DNA of 64,000 bases from an uncultured bacterium (lineage in GTDB: Bacteria; Krumholzibacteriota; Krumholzibacteriia; JACNKJ01). This document shows, piece after piece, positions 33,717 through 44,452 of this stretch. How positions within the stretch are numbered: position 1 is the first letter of the stretch; every line of letters starts with the position of its first letter. Both the position numbers and the translations under genes were made by a program. The DNA lies in assembly GCA_963695095.1 (NCBI GenBank), contig CAVOFT010000001.1:3456001-3520000 (forward strand). Direction: 5' to 3'. Below the pieces are notes generated by a model. The model saw only the letters and a program-made list of their open reading frames with translations. It was not told the origin of the DNA and searched no databases.

Positions 33717-34136
33717 TCACAGCGGCGGCAGCGCCCGTAGTGCCGCCGACACTTGGCCACAAGCCTCGATCACGGATGCGAGGAGGCGCTCGTCAACGGA
33801 GGGGTCGCCTTCGTACTCGCTCCGATTGCGAACGTTGTGCGCGCGGTCGAGTACTCGCCACACCTCGGGGCCGAGTCCCAGCGTGTGCGGCAGTGCCTGG
33901 AAGACCACGTAGCGCTTGGACGAGCGATACCCAGTCCGCCGCAGAGCCGCGAGGCACAGCGCGTGGGCGGCATTGCAGGCCAGGTCAAAGCGGCTCACGA
34001 GCGAGTTCGCCAGCCGCATCGAATCGGCGAGACGCGCCTCGCCGGAGTCGATCAGGCCGAGGTACTCGGCAGCGTCGGGCGGCTCCTGCTTCAGCGGCCC
34101 ACCAGGTCCGCAGAGCGCCTCAAGGGCCGAGCTCAT
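33717..34136 (-). CDS. HEPN-domain protein, putative toxin
   Basis: RFDLACNAAH and RNRSEY (R-X4-Y); overlaps the upstream MNT gene. Confidence 0.7.
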   Translation of the reverse strand: MSSALEALCGPGGPLKQEPPDAAEYLGLIDSGEARLADSMRLANSLVSRFDLACNAAHALCLAALRRTGYRSSKRYVVFQALPHTLGLGPEVWRVLDRAHNVRNRSEYEGDPSVDERLLASVIEACGQVSAALRALPPL

Positions 34137-34752
34137 CTTCACCACCGATCAGCCACAGCTTGGGCTGGGCCATGACACGGACCGCAAAGGTGTTCTCGCT
34201 CTCAAGCCGCTCCTGGAACTCCTTCCCCGAGTAGATCGTCGGGGCCACCTTGCGGCCGAGTCTCTGCGATGCCGGTTCGAGCGCGGCGAACAGGTCAGCG
34301 TAGGCAAGACGGTCGCTGACGACCAGCACGTCGATGTCGCTCTCGCCGGTGTCTTCCCCCTTCGCGACGGAGCCGTACACGAAGGCCGCGCTGATCTCCG
34401 TGGCGAGGGGTTCGAGCGCCTCGCGCAGGATGTCGGCGAGTCCGAAGGTCTTGAGCACAAGCCCGTGCAGCTCTTCGAAGAGCGGGGACTTGGCGTTGGC
34501 TTGATAGTGCTTCTGCTTGCCCACCCGGCAAGCGCTCACGAGGCCCGATTCTTCGAGCCGGGCGAGTTCGCGCTGCACCGCGCCGGTGCCCGAGCGGGCA
34601 AGCCCGATGATCTGATTCGTGTAGAAGGAGCGGCCGGGGTTGCCGAAAAGCACGCCGAGCACGCGCTGCTGGACCTTCGAAAACAGCGCGTCCGCCAGCC
34701 CTGCAGATGCGGACTTCGGGCCGGGTTCAGGGGCTTCGTCATTCATTCCCAT
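34120..34752 (-). CDS. wHTH-fused minimal nucleotidyltransferase (MNT), putative antitoxin
   Basis: N-terminal wHTH (QRELARLEESGLV); GS-X10-DID motif. Confidence 0.85.
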   Translation of the reverse strand: MGMNDEAPEPGPKSASAGLADALFSKVQQRVLGVLFGNPGRSFYTNQIIGLARSGTGAVQRELARLEESGLVSACRVGKQKHYQANAKSPLFEELHGLVLKTFGLADILREALEPLATEISAAFVYGSVAKGEDTGESDIDVLVVSDRLAYADLFAALEPASQRLGRKVAPTIYSGKEFQERLESENTFAVRVMAQPKLWLIGGEDELGP

Positions 34753-34788
34753 GCTGGGTATGTTACTACCCAATCTGGGTACGGTCAA
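34746..34788 (-). promoter_or_regulatory. promoter with two palindromic operators
   Basis: TTGACC-17-TAACAT on the minus strand; TTCCCA-N3-TGGGTA and TACCCA-N3-TGGGTA overlap the start codon and the spacer. Confidence 0.65.
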
Positions 34789-34790
34789 GG

Positions 34791-35345
34791 GCGGATAGGC
34801 ATTTCATAGCCGCTTTCGGTGCCGCGCGCCTGACCATGGCTCGCCTTCAGCGACCGCTCGCTCTCTTGGAGCCGCTTCGAGTATGCGCCTGGCCTTCGCG
34901 CCTGCCAACACGAGCGCCACGTCGAGGGCGCGGTTGACACGCTGCGGTGTCAGCGGCGGCGGGGGCCTGAGTTGACGCCTTTCCTCGACTTCGCTGGCCC
35001 CGGCAATGGCGCTCGGCCGGGCACTCCGCGCGCAGACTCCGCCCCCGCGCGCGATGCGCACCGCCTACCAGGGCTCATCGGTGTAGGCCGTCCGCTGATC
35101 GACGCAGTCCTCGCCGCCCCCCTCCCATGCGAACTCCGCCCACGGCGGCGCCCGCGAGGGCGACAGCGGTGAAGGCCTCGCGGACTTCCCCAGGTGCTCG
35201 AGGATGCGCCGTACCGCGGCGGCTTCCGTCACGAAGGCGAGAATCCGCATGGCGCCGCCGCAGCGCGGGCAGACCAGGGGCAGCACCGCGTAGATGCGCG
35301 CCAGCAGCATCGCCCAGGCGTAGCGCGCCGCGCGCGGGGATGGCG
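34791..35345 (-). mobile_element. IS91/ISCR-family remnant: transposase C-terminus plus oriIS-like end
   Basis: YAWAMLLARIYAVLPLVCPRCGGAMRILAFVT; minus-strand terminus GCTATGAAATGCCTATCCGC. Confidence 0.8.
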
Positions 35346-35352
35346 GCTCAGC

Positions 35353-36307
35353 CAAGGAGCTGTGCCGGCGCCACGGGCTCGCCGAACAGGTCCTGGATAA
35401 CCAGGCGCTCAAAGTGATGCTGGAGACGGCAAGAAACCTCTGAGGCCGTCGGAGCGGCGGGAGTGCATCCGCGCGGCCAGAGAGCGACTCCCCATCAGTG
35501 AGCGGCGAGCCTGTCAGGTAGCGGGCCTGTCGCGCTCGACCTGCCGCTATCGCGGGCAGAGGCGGGAGGATTCCCGGCTTCGCGAGCGGCTACGTGAGCT
35601 AGCCGGCGAGCATCGGCGCTACGGGATGCCGCGGCTGATCGTCTTGCTACGACGCGAGGGCATCATGGACAACCACAAGCGGATCGAGCGGATCTATCGC
35701 GAGGAAAGCCTGCAGGTCAGGCTGCGCAGGCGCAAGCGGACCGCCGGTTGCTGCGGGTACCGCTGGTCGAGCTGCCCGAGCGGGCGAATCAGCGCTGGTC
35801 GATGGACTCTGATCACGATGGCCTGGCTTCGAGCCGCACCTTTCGCTGCCTGACGCTGGTCGTCGATTTCACACGGGAGTACCCGCACATCGAGGTGGCT
35901 CGCTCGATACCCGGAGCACGTGTGACGCGCGTGCTGGACTACCTGGCCTGGTCCCGGAGGCTGCCCGAGGAGCTCGTCGTGGACAACGGTCCTGAGTTTC
36001 GAGGCTTGGACATGGATCGTTGGGCGCACGAGCGCGGCGTCGCGTTGCGCTTCATCGAGCCGGGCAAGCCGGTTCAGAACTGCTTCATCGAGAGCTTCAA
36101 CGGCAGCTTCCGGGACGAGTGCTTGAACGAGCACTGGTTCGTGAATCTGGAAGATGCCAAGCGGAAGATCGAAGCCCGGCGGACAGAGTACAACACCTTC
36201 AGGCCGCACAGCTCGCTGGGGCAGATGACACCGGCAGCCTTCGCGGCCAAGCACGATGAGACCGCGGGACTAACTCCCGAGTTGGCCTAGAAGAAGGGGG
36301 AAGGTCA
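35353..36307 (+). mobile_element. IS3-family (IS407-like) degenerate element
   Basis: Deleted orfA (ELCRRHG..DNQALK); frameshifted orfB with WSMD, DNGPEF, PGKPVQN, ESFNG DDE core; ends ...GGGGGAAGGTCA. Confidence 0.85.
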
Positions 36308-36918
36308 CCGTTACCCTCGCGCTGTAGCTGTTTCCACACCTTGCGGGCACCGTAAACCTGGCGATTCTCCTGCCAGACACGCTCAATGGTTGAACTCAGC
36401 TCAAGATCGCGCTGTGCATGCGGAGGCAGCCGCGAGGGATCGGCCTCTCGCACCTTCTGCTCGTAGTTGGTCGACGGGGCGATCGGCAACTGGCCGCAGA
36501 TCGGCTCGACCCCGTACTGCTCGCGGCGCGCGTCGATGAACGCGACCATCACTTCCGTTTGTGGTCGAGCTCCGCTTGGGCGAAACAAGCTGAGGCCTGG
36601 CGCAGGATCTCGTTCGCTCGTCGCAGCTCGCGATTCTCCCGCTCCAGTTCCTTGACGCGTGCCCGCGCGTCGGTGCTCAGGCCACCGCGACGGCCGGCAT
36701 CAACCTCAGCCCGTCGCACCCAGCGCCGCAGCGACTCGGCCGTGCAGCCGAACTTGCTTGCGAGCGACACCACCACTTGCCACTGCGACGGGTACTCGCC
36801 CTCATGCTCGAAGACCATCCGCACCGCCGCTCTCGGACCTCGGGGGAATATCGGGTAGATCGTGTCATGCCCCAATCCTCTCGAAGATTGGAGCCTCCGG
36901 CAATCCCGGGGCGGTTCA
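36308..36918 (-). mobile_element. IS3-family (IS51-like) left part, truncated
   Basis: Terminus TGAACCGCCCCGG; frameshifted orfA ([10 protein letters not shown]); orfB start YGVEPIC...YGARKVW. Confidence 0.85.
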
Positions 36919-37049
36919 GTCTTTCAGGTTTCGTACGGCCGTCGGCGCCCTTGTAGATATTGATCCAGGCCCGCCATGTTTTGTCATCCATAATCCCAAT
37001 CCGCGTCCGACGTTCTGTTGGGCGCCCTCTCGGCGCTGTGTGAAGCTCG

Positions 37050-38756
37050 CTATTGCTGCGGATCGCCATCGCCATCCGGAAGCTCGAACCCGAACTCAAT
37101 CCATTCTCCGTACTGTCCATCGACTCCAACACGCCCACCATGCAGGTCAATGATCTTCTTGACGAGATAGAGTCCGACCCCAGTACCTTTGCGGGATCGC
37201 AACTCGGGGTCGTGGATTCGACGGAATTTCGTGAAGAGCTCGGGGAATCGTTCCCTCGGCACCCCCACTCCCTGATTGCGAACCCCAACGTGCAGCCCCT
37301 GCGGGAGCCGGTCGGCAGTGACCCGGATCTCCGTTCCTGTCCGACCGTACTTGACGGCGTTCCCGATCAGATTGTCCATGACCACTCGCATCAGGTCGGG
37401 ATCAGCCCGCAGAGGAATCTGGGCCGCTTTGAGAGAAATCGTCATCTCCTGTTGGGACGCCGGGGAGGAGAGGTCGGTGATCGCCGGGCGGATGACCTCT
37501 TGGCAGAAGTCGGCCAGCGGCGTCTTCTTCGGGGCGAACCCCTCACTTTCTGCCCGGCTCAGGTTGTTGAAGCTGAGCGCGATCTCATGCCCGTAGTCCA
37601 GGTAGCGACGAATCGCGGCCAGCGGGCGTTGAAGCGCCTCGGGCACATCCCCCGCGTCGCCGCTGTCTATCAGTGTCATTTGCATCAGTGCACCCGCGAC
37701 GGGGCTTTTCAGCTCATGGGCGACGAACCCCAAGACCTCCATGTAGTCGTCCAGAACCTTCTTCACTTGCCGGTTGCTGGCTTCCAGGGCAACAGTCCTG
37801 GCGTTGACCTGGTCCGCCATCTGATTGAACGTATCGGCCAGCGACCTGACCTCCTCTGGATCCCTTCTCGATACCTCTATACGTTCTCGCTCTCCGCTGC
37901 CAAGGGCGGCCGCAGCCCCGGTCAGTTTCGTCAGAGGGTACGCCAGACGCCTCCCAAGATACCAGCCTCCCGCCGACATGATCAGGGTGAGGCCCAGGAT
38001 GAAGACGAGGAACAGGACGATGCTCCGTTTTCCCTGTGCGACATACGGATATTCGTCAAGTCCAGCGTAGAGCATTCCGACAACATCACCGTCGATGGTG
38101 CGAATGGGCAAGTAGGAAGAGATCACCCAGCGGTCCACGACGAACGCCCGATCGTTCCAGGGCCGTCCTTCTCCGAGGACCCGCCGGGCCACTTCCTCTG
38201 AGACACGCGTCCCCGTCGCCCGGCGACCGTCGGGCAGTCTCACATTGGTGGCGATGCGGGTGTCTCCTTCAAAAATCGTGATGGTCGCAGGATTCGGCTC
38301 CAAACCAGAGGATCCGAAGACCATCGCGCAGATCTCGTCGGGCAACCGGTTCGCCCCCCGGAGCGGCGCAGCAGCCACCAGGAGTTTCTCCGCGTCCGGG
38401 GCACGGCGCACCGAGACCACGCACAGACCGTCCGTCAATAGGGCAAACCCTTCTGCCTTGGTATCCGTGAGCGCCTTCTGGACAAGGGCGTACAAGGGCA
38501 CGCCTGGGCGCACGTCCTCGGCCAAGACGGCGGTCAGTTTCGCGGCGCGGGGGAAAGGACCACCAGGATCCAGGCGAGCGAATTCCGCATCGAGAAGTCG
38601 TCGTCCGACCCGGGTGGCTTCATCGACGCGAGCCATCGCCTCACGGCGCACGGCCTCGATCATCTGCTGGTAACCCACCAGTCCGACGACTCCGCCTACC
38701 ACGCACGTCAGAGCTAGACCAAAAAGGGCGAATCGATTTTCCAGCTTGCTTAGCAT
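37050..38756 (-). CDS. sensor histidine kinase (Cache, HAMP, HisKA, HATPase)
   Basis: RIATNV..GRRATGT Cache motif; two TM helices; AHELKSP, NAVKY, GTGVGL. Confidence 0.9.
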   Translation of the reverse strand: MLSKLENRFALFGLALTCVVGGVVGLVGYQQMIEAVRREAMARVDEATRVGRRLLDAEFARLDPGGPFPRAAKLTAVLAEDVRPGVPLYALVQKALTDTKAEGFALLTDGLCVVSVRRAPDAEKLLVAAAPLRGANRLPDEICAMVFGSSGLEPNPATITIFEGDTRIATNVRLPDGRRATGTRVSEEVARRVLGEGRPWNDRAFVVDRWVISSYLPIRTIDGDVVGMLYAGLDEYPYVAQGKRSIVLFLVFILGLTLIMSAGGWYLGRRLAYPLTKLTGAAAALGSGERERIEVSRRDPEEVRSLADTFNQMADQVNARTVALEASNRQVKKVLDDYMEVLGFVAHELKSPVAGALMQMTLIDSGDAGDVPEALQRPLAAIRRYLDYGHEIALSFNNLSRAESEGFAPKKTPLADFCQEVIRPAITDLSSPASQQEMTISLKAAQIPLRADPDLMRVVMDNLIGNAVKYGRTGTEIRVTADRLPQGLHVGVRNQGVGVPRERFPELFTKFRRIHDPELRSRKGTGVGLYLVKKIIDLHGGRVGVDGQYGEWIEFGFELPDGDGDPQQ

Positions 38757-38922
38757 GATCTTCAGTCCACTTCAGTGACAACGCAGGGAGCCGCGTGGGG
38801 CGCCACTCTCTCGGATCGCATGCCGAGCGATGGCCGTAATCTCAGATACTTTCGCCAGCACAAGCGGTGGGCGGTGGGCGAAACGCTTGATGCCGTCCTC
38901 CGTGGTCACGCCGACAAGCACG

Positions 38923-40018
38923 GGTGCATCCGGGTTTTGTGTTGGTAGCCGCCGCTCATGACGGCCGCGCCGCGGCGGGGTAGAGGTCGAGTCCACCGAG
39001 ATGAAAGTAGATCGCCAGACGGAAGCGCTCCCGGTTGTGAAAGCCGCAGGCCTTCCTCTTAATCGCCTGGATACTCGCGTTGATCCCCGCCGCAGCCCGC
39101 TGCGCCACCGCGGTCACGATGCCCTCGAGATGCCGCTCCAGCATCACGGCCACCCGCGTCAGCTTCGTGCAGCCCATCGCCAGCAGCCCGCGGTGCTCCC
39201 CGCGTCGCACGGCATTGACCGCATCCCCCAGGTGCTTCGCCACGTGGAGCTCGTCGAAAGCGATCTTCTCGGCGGCGCCCGGCGCAAAGGCCAAGGTGGC
39301 CTGGATGTAGGGCTGCCACATGTCCATGCACACCGACGCGATTTCGGCCAAAGCTCGCGGACTCAGGGTGGCGTAGTGGCCTTCCAGACTCGCTTGATCG
39401 CGGTCATCGGCCATGTAGAGAACATCACCGCCGACCGAATCGGAGACCACCGTCGCGTACTCGTGCCGCTTCTGGAACGAAGTCTCGTCGACGCCGAGGC
39501 GCGTGGGCGGATCCAGTTGCCGGCGCTGAAAGCCTCGCCGGACTGCCCGCTGCTGGATACCCGCGGGCTCATCCCAGCTCAGCTTCAGCAGACGGCCGGC
39601 ACCCGAAAGTCTCGCTTCCTTGAACCAGTCGATGGCCCGTGCCTCGAACGAGGCCGTGAAGTGCGAGCTGGGCTCGGCCCAGGACACATGAATCTGGTGG
39701 ACGCCGTGCACTGCGCACTCGACCCGTGGGATCTCCGCCTCGATCACCGTGCGATACTGGCAGGCGTCGAGATGGCGCCAGCGGCGGCGGCAGGCATCGT
39801 AACCCGGTGCCACCTCGCCGCAGACCGGGCAGGTCAACACGCCGGATAGTTCCCGATCGAGCAGGACGAGAACTTCGCCGGCTTGGAGCCGAAGCTCCAC
39901 GTCACGCACGAACCAGAGCGATCGGATGCCGGGGAGCTGGGCATAGAGTCCTTTGTCTCGCATGCTCGCGAAGATAGCGGCTCAGGCGGTTCCTACCCAT
40001 ACGAAATCCTGAAGCGCC
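38923..40018 (-). mobile_element. ISL3-family element with an internally deleted transposase (CDS 38956-39963)
   Basis: CPVCG, WRHLD, GVDETS, CMDMW, FDELHV; imperfect terminal IRs GGTGCATCCGGGTTTTGTGTTGGTAG / GGCGCTTCAGGATTTCGTATGGGTAG. Confidence 0.88.
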
Positions 40019-40176
40019 AGGCTGGGGAAGACCATCTCAACCGCTGTCCCAAGTGCAGCTCCAGAGTCGAAGAGCGCTACGAAGCTCTCATTCTGCCTAT
40101 AAACATCTTCAATGAACCACACGGGCCAGCCGTGGGAATGTCAACGATCTCCTTCCCGAACCGAGCTTCGTCCCCG

Positions 40177-40665
40177 GCGGATGGGCGTTTCAAAGCCACT
40201 TTCGGTGCCGCGTGCTTGGCCATGACTCGCCTTCATCGACCGCTCGCCCTCTTCGAGCCCACGTCGAGTATGCGCCTGGCCTGCGCGCCTGTCAACGCGA
40301 GGGCGCGGCTGGCACGCTGCGGTGCCATTGGCTGCGTGGCCCTGAGCTGGAGGCTTCCCTCGACTTCCCCGGCCCCGGCAATAGCCCCTAGCCGGGGGAC
40401 TTCGCGCGCAGACTCCGTCCCCGCGCGCGTTGCACGCCGATTATCAGGGCTCGTCGCTGTATCGGGTGCGCTGATCGTCGTCGCCATCGCCGCCCCCCCC
40501 CTCCACGTGTTCAGGGACGCACCGCGCTGTGGCCGCCGCCGACACGAAGGCAAGGATCCGCATGGCGCCGCCACAGCGTGGGCAGACCGGGGGCAGCACC
40601 TCGTAGATACGCGCCAGCAGCATGGCCCAGGCGTAGTGCGCCGTGCGCGTGGATGGCGGCGGCAG
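40177..40665 (-). mobile_element. second IS91/ISCR remnant: C-terminus plus oriIS-like end
   Basis: HYAWAMLLARIYEVLPPVCPRCGGAMRILAF; downstream DNA homologous to 34791-35100. Confidence 0.8.
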
Positions 40666-40850
40666 GATCAGCGCTGCCAGACGCGCGATTCGGTTCGAGT
40701 CTCTGGCGCTGAGCATTGCCGACGGACGGGCGACCGACGCCAGGAAGGATGCTGCGCATTGCGCGAACCCGCTATGTGTTTCCCCTGATTCCGCCAAACA
40801 GGCCAGCTTGGCTAATTCATACCAGCAGACTCAGACATCCGAGGTGTAGC

Positions 40851-42332
40851 ATGAGACACGAATCAAGATCGCACGGGGAAGCCAAGAGGGAAGGTGCCGG
40901 GACGACGACGGAGCGCCCGCCCGCCGGCGGGCAACAGCACCTCCGGGACGAGGTGCAATGGGTCGGCGAGCGCAAGAGCACGGACGTGCTCGTCGTCGGC
41001 GGCAGCGCCGCGGGGTTGACCGCGGCGATCACGGCGAGGCGGCACCACCCGGACAGAAGGATCCTGCTCCTGAGGCGTGAGGCGAAGGTCCTTGTTCCTT
41101 GCGGTATCCCGTACATCTTCGGCACTCTGGGCTCCCCAGACAAGAACCTGATCCCGGATACGGTGCTTCAGGACAACGACATCGAGCTGAAGATCGGCGA
41201 GGCGCTTGCCCTGGATCCGGCACGGCACCGGGTGAGCCTCGTCGGCGGCGGGATCCTGGAGTACGACAGGCTCGTTCTCGCCACGGGCTCGAATCCGACG
41301 TACCCGCCCATCCCCGGCCTCGAGAAACAGAACGTCTTCGCCGTCTGCAAGGACGTCGACTATCTACGCCAGATGCAGCAGGCGCTACAATCCGCCAAGG
41401 AACTGGTCATCATCGGCGGCGGCTTCATCGGCGTGGAACTCGCGGACGAGTGCAGGAAGCTGGGCGACGTCAACGTGAGCATCGTCGAGGCCATGCCACA
41501 CTGCCTCAACCTGGCTTTCGACGAGGAGTTCTGCCAAGTCGCGGAGGCTCGCCTCGCCGAAAGCGGTATCAAGACCTATCTGCGGCATCGCGTGCGGGAG
41601 ATCTCGGGCGGGGCCGCCGTGACGGGCGTCGTCCTCGACAATGGCGAAGAGCTGCGCGCTGATGCCGTGGTGCTCGGCATCGGATCCCAGCCGAACGTAT
41701 CGCTGGCGAAAGCCGCGGGTCTCGAGATCGGGCCGACCGGAGGAGTTGCTGTCGACCGCTGGATGCGGACATCCGCCGGCGACATCTTCGCCTGCGGCGA
41801 CTGCGCGGAGAAGGTCTCGTACTTCGACGGCAAGCCCTGCAACCAGAAGCTCGCATCCATCGCCACGGTCGAAGCGAGAATCGCTGCCGCCAACCTCTAC
41901 GAGGACCGCCGCGAGAACGCCGGTACGCTGAGCGCATGGGGCACCGTCGTCGGGGGGACGGCGCTGGGCGGAGCTGGCATGACCGAAGCCATGGCGATCG
42001 AAGCCGGCTACGACGTGGCAGTCGGAGTCGCCGAAGCGCCGAACCGCCATCCCGGCTCGATGCCGGGGATGTGCCCGACGAAGGTGAAGCTCGTCTTCGA
42101 CCGTAGCCGTGGCACGCTCCTGGGGGGCGAGCTAGTCGGCGGACACGACATCGGCGGCGACGTGAACGTGATCAGCGCCCTCATCCAGGGCAAGGCCAAC
42201 GCGGATGAAATCGCAGTGTTTCAGATGGCGACCCATCCGGCGCTGACGGCATCGCCTCTCGTTTACCAGATCGCCAATGCTGCCGAAGCGGCCTTGCGGA
42301 AAATGCGACTCGCTCCCTCGGCTAGCCTCTAG
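40851..42332 (+). CDS. FAD-dependent pyridine nucleotide-disulfide oxidoreductase (NADH oxidase/CoA-disulfide reductase type)
   Basis: GGSAAG, PCGIPY redox Cys, ATGS, GGGFIG, FACGD. Start uncertain. Confidence 0.9.
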   Translation: MRHESRSHGEAKREGAGTTTERPPAGGQQHLRDEVQWVGERKSTDVLVVGGSAAGLTAAITARRHHPDRRILLLRREAKVLVPCGIPYIFGTLGSPDKNLIPDTVLQDNDIELKIGEALALDPARHRVSLVGGGILEYDRLVLATGSNPTYPPIPGLEKQNVFAVCKDVDYLRQMQQALQSAKELVIIGGGFIGVELADECRKLGDVNVSIVEAMPHCLNLAFDEEFCQVAEARLAESGIKTYLRHRVREISGGAAVTGVVLDNGEELRADAVVLGIGSQPNVSLAKAAGLEIGPTGGVAVDRWMRTSAGDIFACGDCAEKVSYFDGKPCNQKLASIATVEARIAAANLYEDRRENAGTLSAWGTVVGGTALGGAGMTEAMAIEAGYDVAVGVAEAPNRHPGSMPGMCPTKVKLVFDRSRGTLLGGELVGGHDIGGDVNVISALIQGKANADEIAVFQMATHPALTASPLVYQIANAAEAALRKMRLAPSASL

Positions 42333-42399
42333 CCCACGGGGGGTGGGGGGTGGATTTCAAGCGAATCTAACCGTCGCCGGGAATCGTCGAGCACTCGGG

Positions 42400-42620
42400 C
42401 TAGATCCGGGAGAGGCCATTGACCACCTGACCTTCGACGGCGAAGGGGAGCCGAAGCTCTGCGGGGATCCGGGCTACCTGATCCGTCGCACCAGGAAACG
42501 AAGCGCGACCCCCATGGCCGTTGTCACCAACGGCGTCCCGGTTTCAACGGGGGAGGTCCGGCGCGAGCTGCTGTCAGCCAATGTCGTGTTAGCGCCCGTA
42601 CCAAGTGCACGACCCATCTC
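42400..42620 (+). pseudogene. radical SAM (COG0731-like) internal fragment
   Basis: IDHLTFDGEGEPKL...AVVTNG...EVRREL resembles the GEP and TNG motifs of radical SAM enzymes; no CxxxCxxC remains. Confidence 0.5.
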
Positions 42621-42881
42621 GATCCCGCTGATGAGTCCATCCACGTATGCCACCGCAATCGTGACCAGGGCGCGACCGCAAGCCGGGCGGGTTCCGTAGT
42701 CTGTGCCGACCGCTGGCCCGGCACTCGGCAATCTAGCCCACGGAATCCGTCCGTTCGGCGGCGCCTTCCGTCGCGGGATCACGTCAAGCGCGACTTAGCT
42801 ATGTAGATGCCCTGATTCACAGATTGGTCCTCGTGCCCGATATTGACCGTGGCACACGGAAGCCAATCCCAGGAGCGCAGC

Positions 42882-43358
42882 ATGAACGATCTCAGTCCAG
42901 AGTGCGGCAAAGCGACAGCGGCCGATGCCAGGCCGATCGTCCACATCATCGACGCCGACGGCCTCTGCCGCGAAAGGGTGCGCGCCCTGCTCGGCAAGCT
43001 GGGCGTCTCGACGCAAGCCTACGTCAGCGCGGAGGACTTTCTCTCCCGGTACGCGCCCCACCGGCGAGAGTGCATCGTCACGGCGGCTTCGCTGCCAGGC
43101 CTGAGCGGGCTTGCACTTCAGGACGCCATGAACCGTAAAGCGGGAGCTCCCCCCTTCATCTTCATCTCGGACGACTCCAACATTCGTGTGGCGGTGGAAG
43201 CGATGCAGGCCGGGGCCGTCGGCTTCATGGAGAAGCCCATCATCGGCCACGTCCTCCTTGACTACATTCGTGCCGCCTTGAGTTCCTTGGCCTCATCTGG
43301 CCCCGAGATCATCTCCCGACCGCCCGCCCTGGCTTCTCACGCCCAAGGAAGGCGATGA
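42882..43358 (+). CDS. FixJ-like single-domain receiver lacking the phospho-acceptor Asp
   Basis: VHIIDAD, CIVTAASLPG (D to A), AMQAGAVGFMEKP. Confidence 0.7.
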   Translation: MNDLSPECGKATAADARPIVHIIDADGLCRERVRALLGKLGVSTQAYVSAEDFLSRYAPHRRECIVTAASLPGLSGLALQDAMNRKAGAPPFIFISDDSNIRVAVEAMQAGAVGFMEKPIIGHVLLDYIRAALSSLASSGPEIISRPPALASHAQGRR

Positions 43359-43831
43359 AGCGGAGGATCCTGCCGGCCGTGGACGGATCGGCGCATTCGC
43401 GGAAAGCGGTTTTGAACGTCAGGGACATGGTGGCCGAAGTGAGCGATGTGGACATCACCCTGTTTCAGGTACCGATAATCGAGGTAATGTTCGTCAACAG
43501 CGAGCATCTGTCCGCAGATCCGAAGAGGGGTTTCGACAATCTGGTGGCCTCCTTCCTTGCCGACGCGGAGACGCACGTCGTCGCGCAGGCAAGACAAGCG
43601 CTCGCGGCCTGGCAAGGGCTGCCGGCCGGAGTGAGGGTTCACGACTAGATGATCAGGGACGTGGTTCCCGATGCGTCCAGCGCGATCCTCGATGAAGCCT
43701 CCGCAGGCACTTACGACACCCTCGTGCTCAGCCGCCGGGGCAGGAACGCGATCAAGGAATTCCTGCTCGGCAGCGTAACCTCAAAGGTACTGCACCAAGC
43801 GAACGACTGCGCAGTGTGGATCGTGGAGTAG
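43355..43831 (+). pseudogene. universal stress protein with in-frame TAG at 43646-43648
   Basis: RILPAVDGSAHS N-terminus and LVLSRRGR..FLLGSVTSKVL..CAVWIV C-terminus are in the same frame, separated by a single TAG. Confidence 0.8.
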
Positions 43832-43840
43832 GAGATGGCG

Positions 43841-44452
43841 TCAGCTATCCTGATCCAAAGCCATGCGCACGAGTGCTGCCAACGACTCCGCTTTCATCTT
43901 CATCATCACCCGTGCGCGGTGTATCTCAACGGTTCGCTCGCTGATGTTCAACTCCTGGGCGATCCCTTTGTTGGGCTTGCCCGCGACGACGAGTTGCATG
44001 ACTTCACGCTCGCGTTTGGTCAATTTGGCCAGCTTGCTCTCGGTCTCCCGCCGACTGGCCATCTCGCGTCGCCGCGAAACGTCGGCGTCCAGCGCCTTCT
44101 GGACGCTGTCGATGAGTTTCTGGTCCCGGAAAGGCTTCTGGATGAAATCGAAGGCGCCAGCCTTGAGCGACTCCACGGCCATCGGCACGTCCCCGTGAGC
44201 GGTGATGAAGATGATGGGAATGCTCGCCCCCATCGCGGCCAGCTTCTCCTGAAGCTCAAGGCCGCTCATCCCCGGCATGCGGATGTCCAGGACGAGGCAT
44301 CCTGGCTGGTCGCCGTCGTAGGAATCGAGAAACTCCTGCGCGGAAGAAAGTGCTTCGGACTGGAGGCCGATGGAGCGCATGAGCAGTCTGATGGAGCGAC
44401 GAACACCGACATTGTCATCGACGACGTAGACGATGGGTCTTTCATCCGGCAT
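43841..44452 (-). CDS. FixJ-family response regulator
   Basis: VVDD, LDIRMPG, FIQKP; LuxR HTH (LTKREREV..TVEIHR). Confidence 0.93.
   Translation of the reverse strand: MPDERPIVYVVDDNVGVRRSIRLLMRSIGLQSEALSSAQEFLDSYDGDQPGCLVLDIRMPGMSGLELQEKLAAMGASIPIIFITAHGDVPMAVESLKAGAFDFIQKPFRDQKLIDSVQKALDADVSRRREMASRRETESKLAKLTKREREVMQLVVAGKPNKGIAQELNISERTVEIHRARVMMKMKAESLAALVRMALDQDS

Noticed and set aside
36919..36991. Possible gene start MDDKTWRAWINIYKG cut by the IS
   Set aside because: Too short to assign, with a weak RBS.
43646..43648. Pyrrolysine recoding of the USP TAG
   Set aside because: No pyl genes in the window, and neighbouring genes are decayed; a nonsense mutation is simpler.
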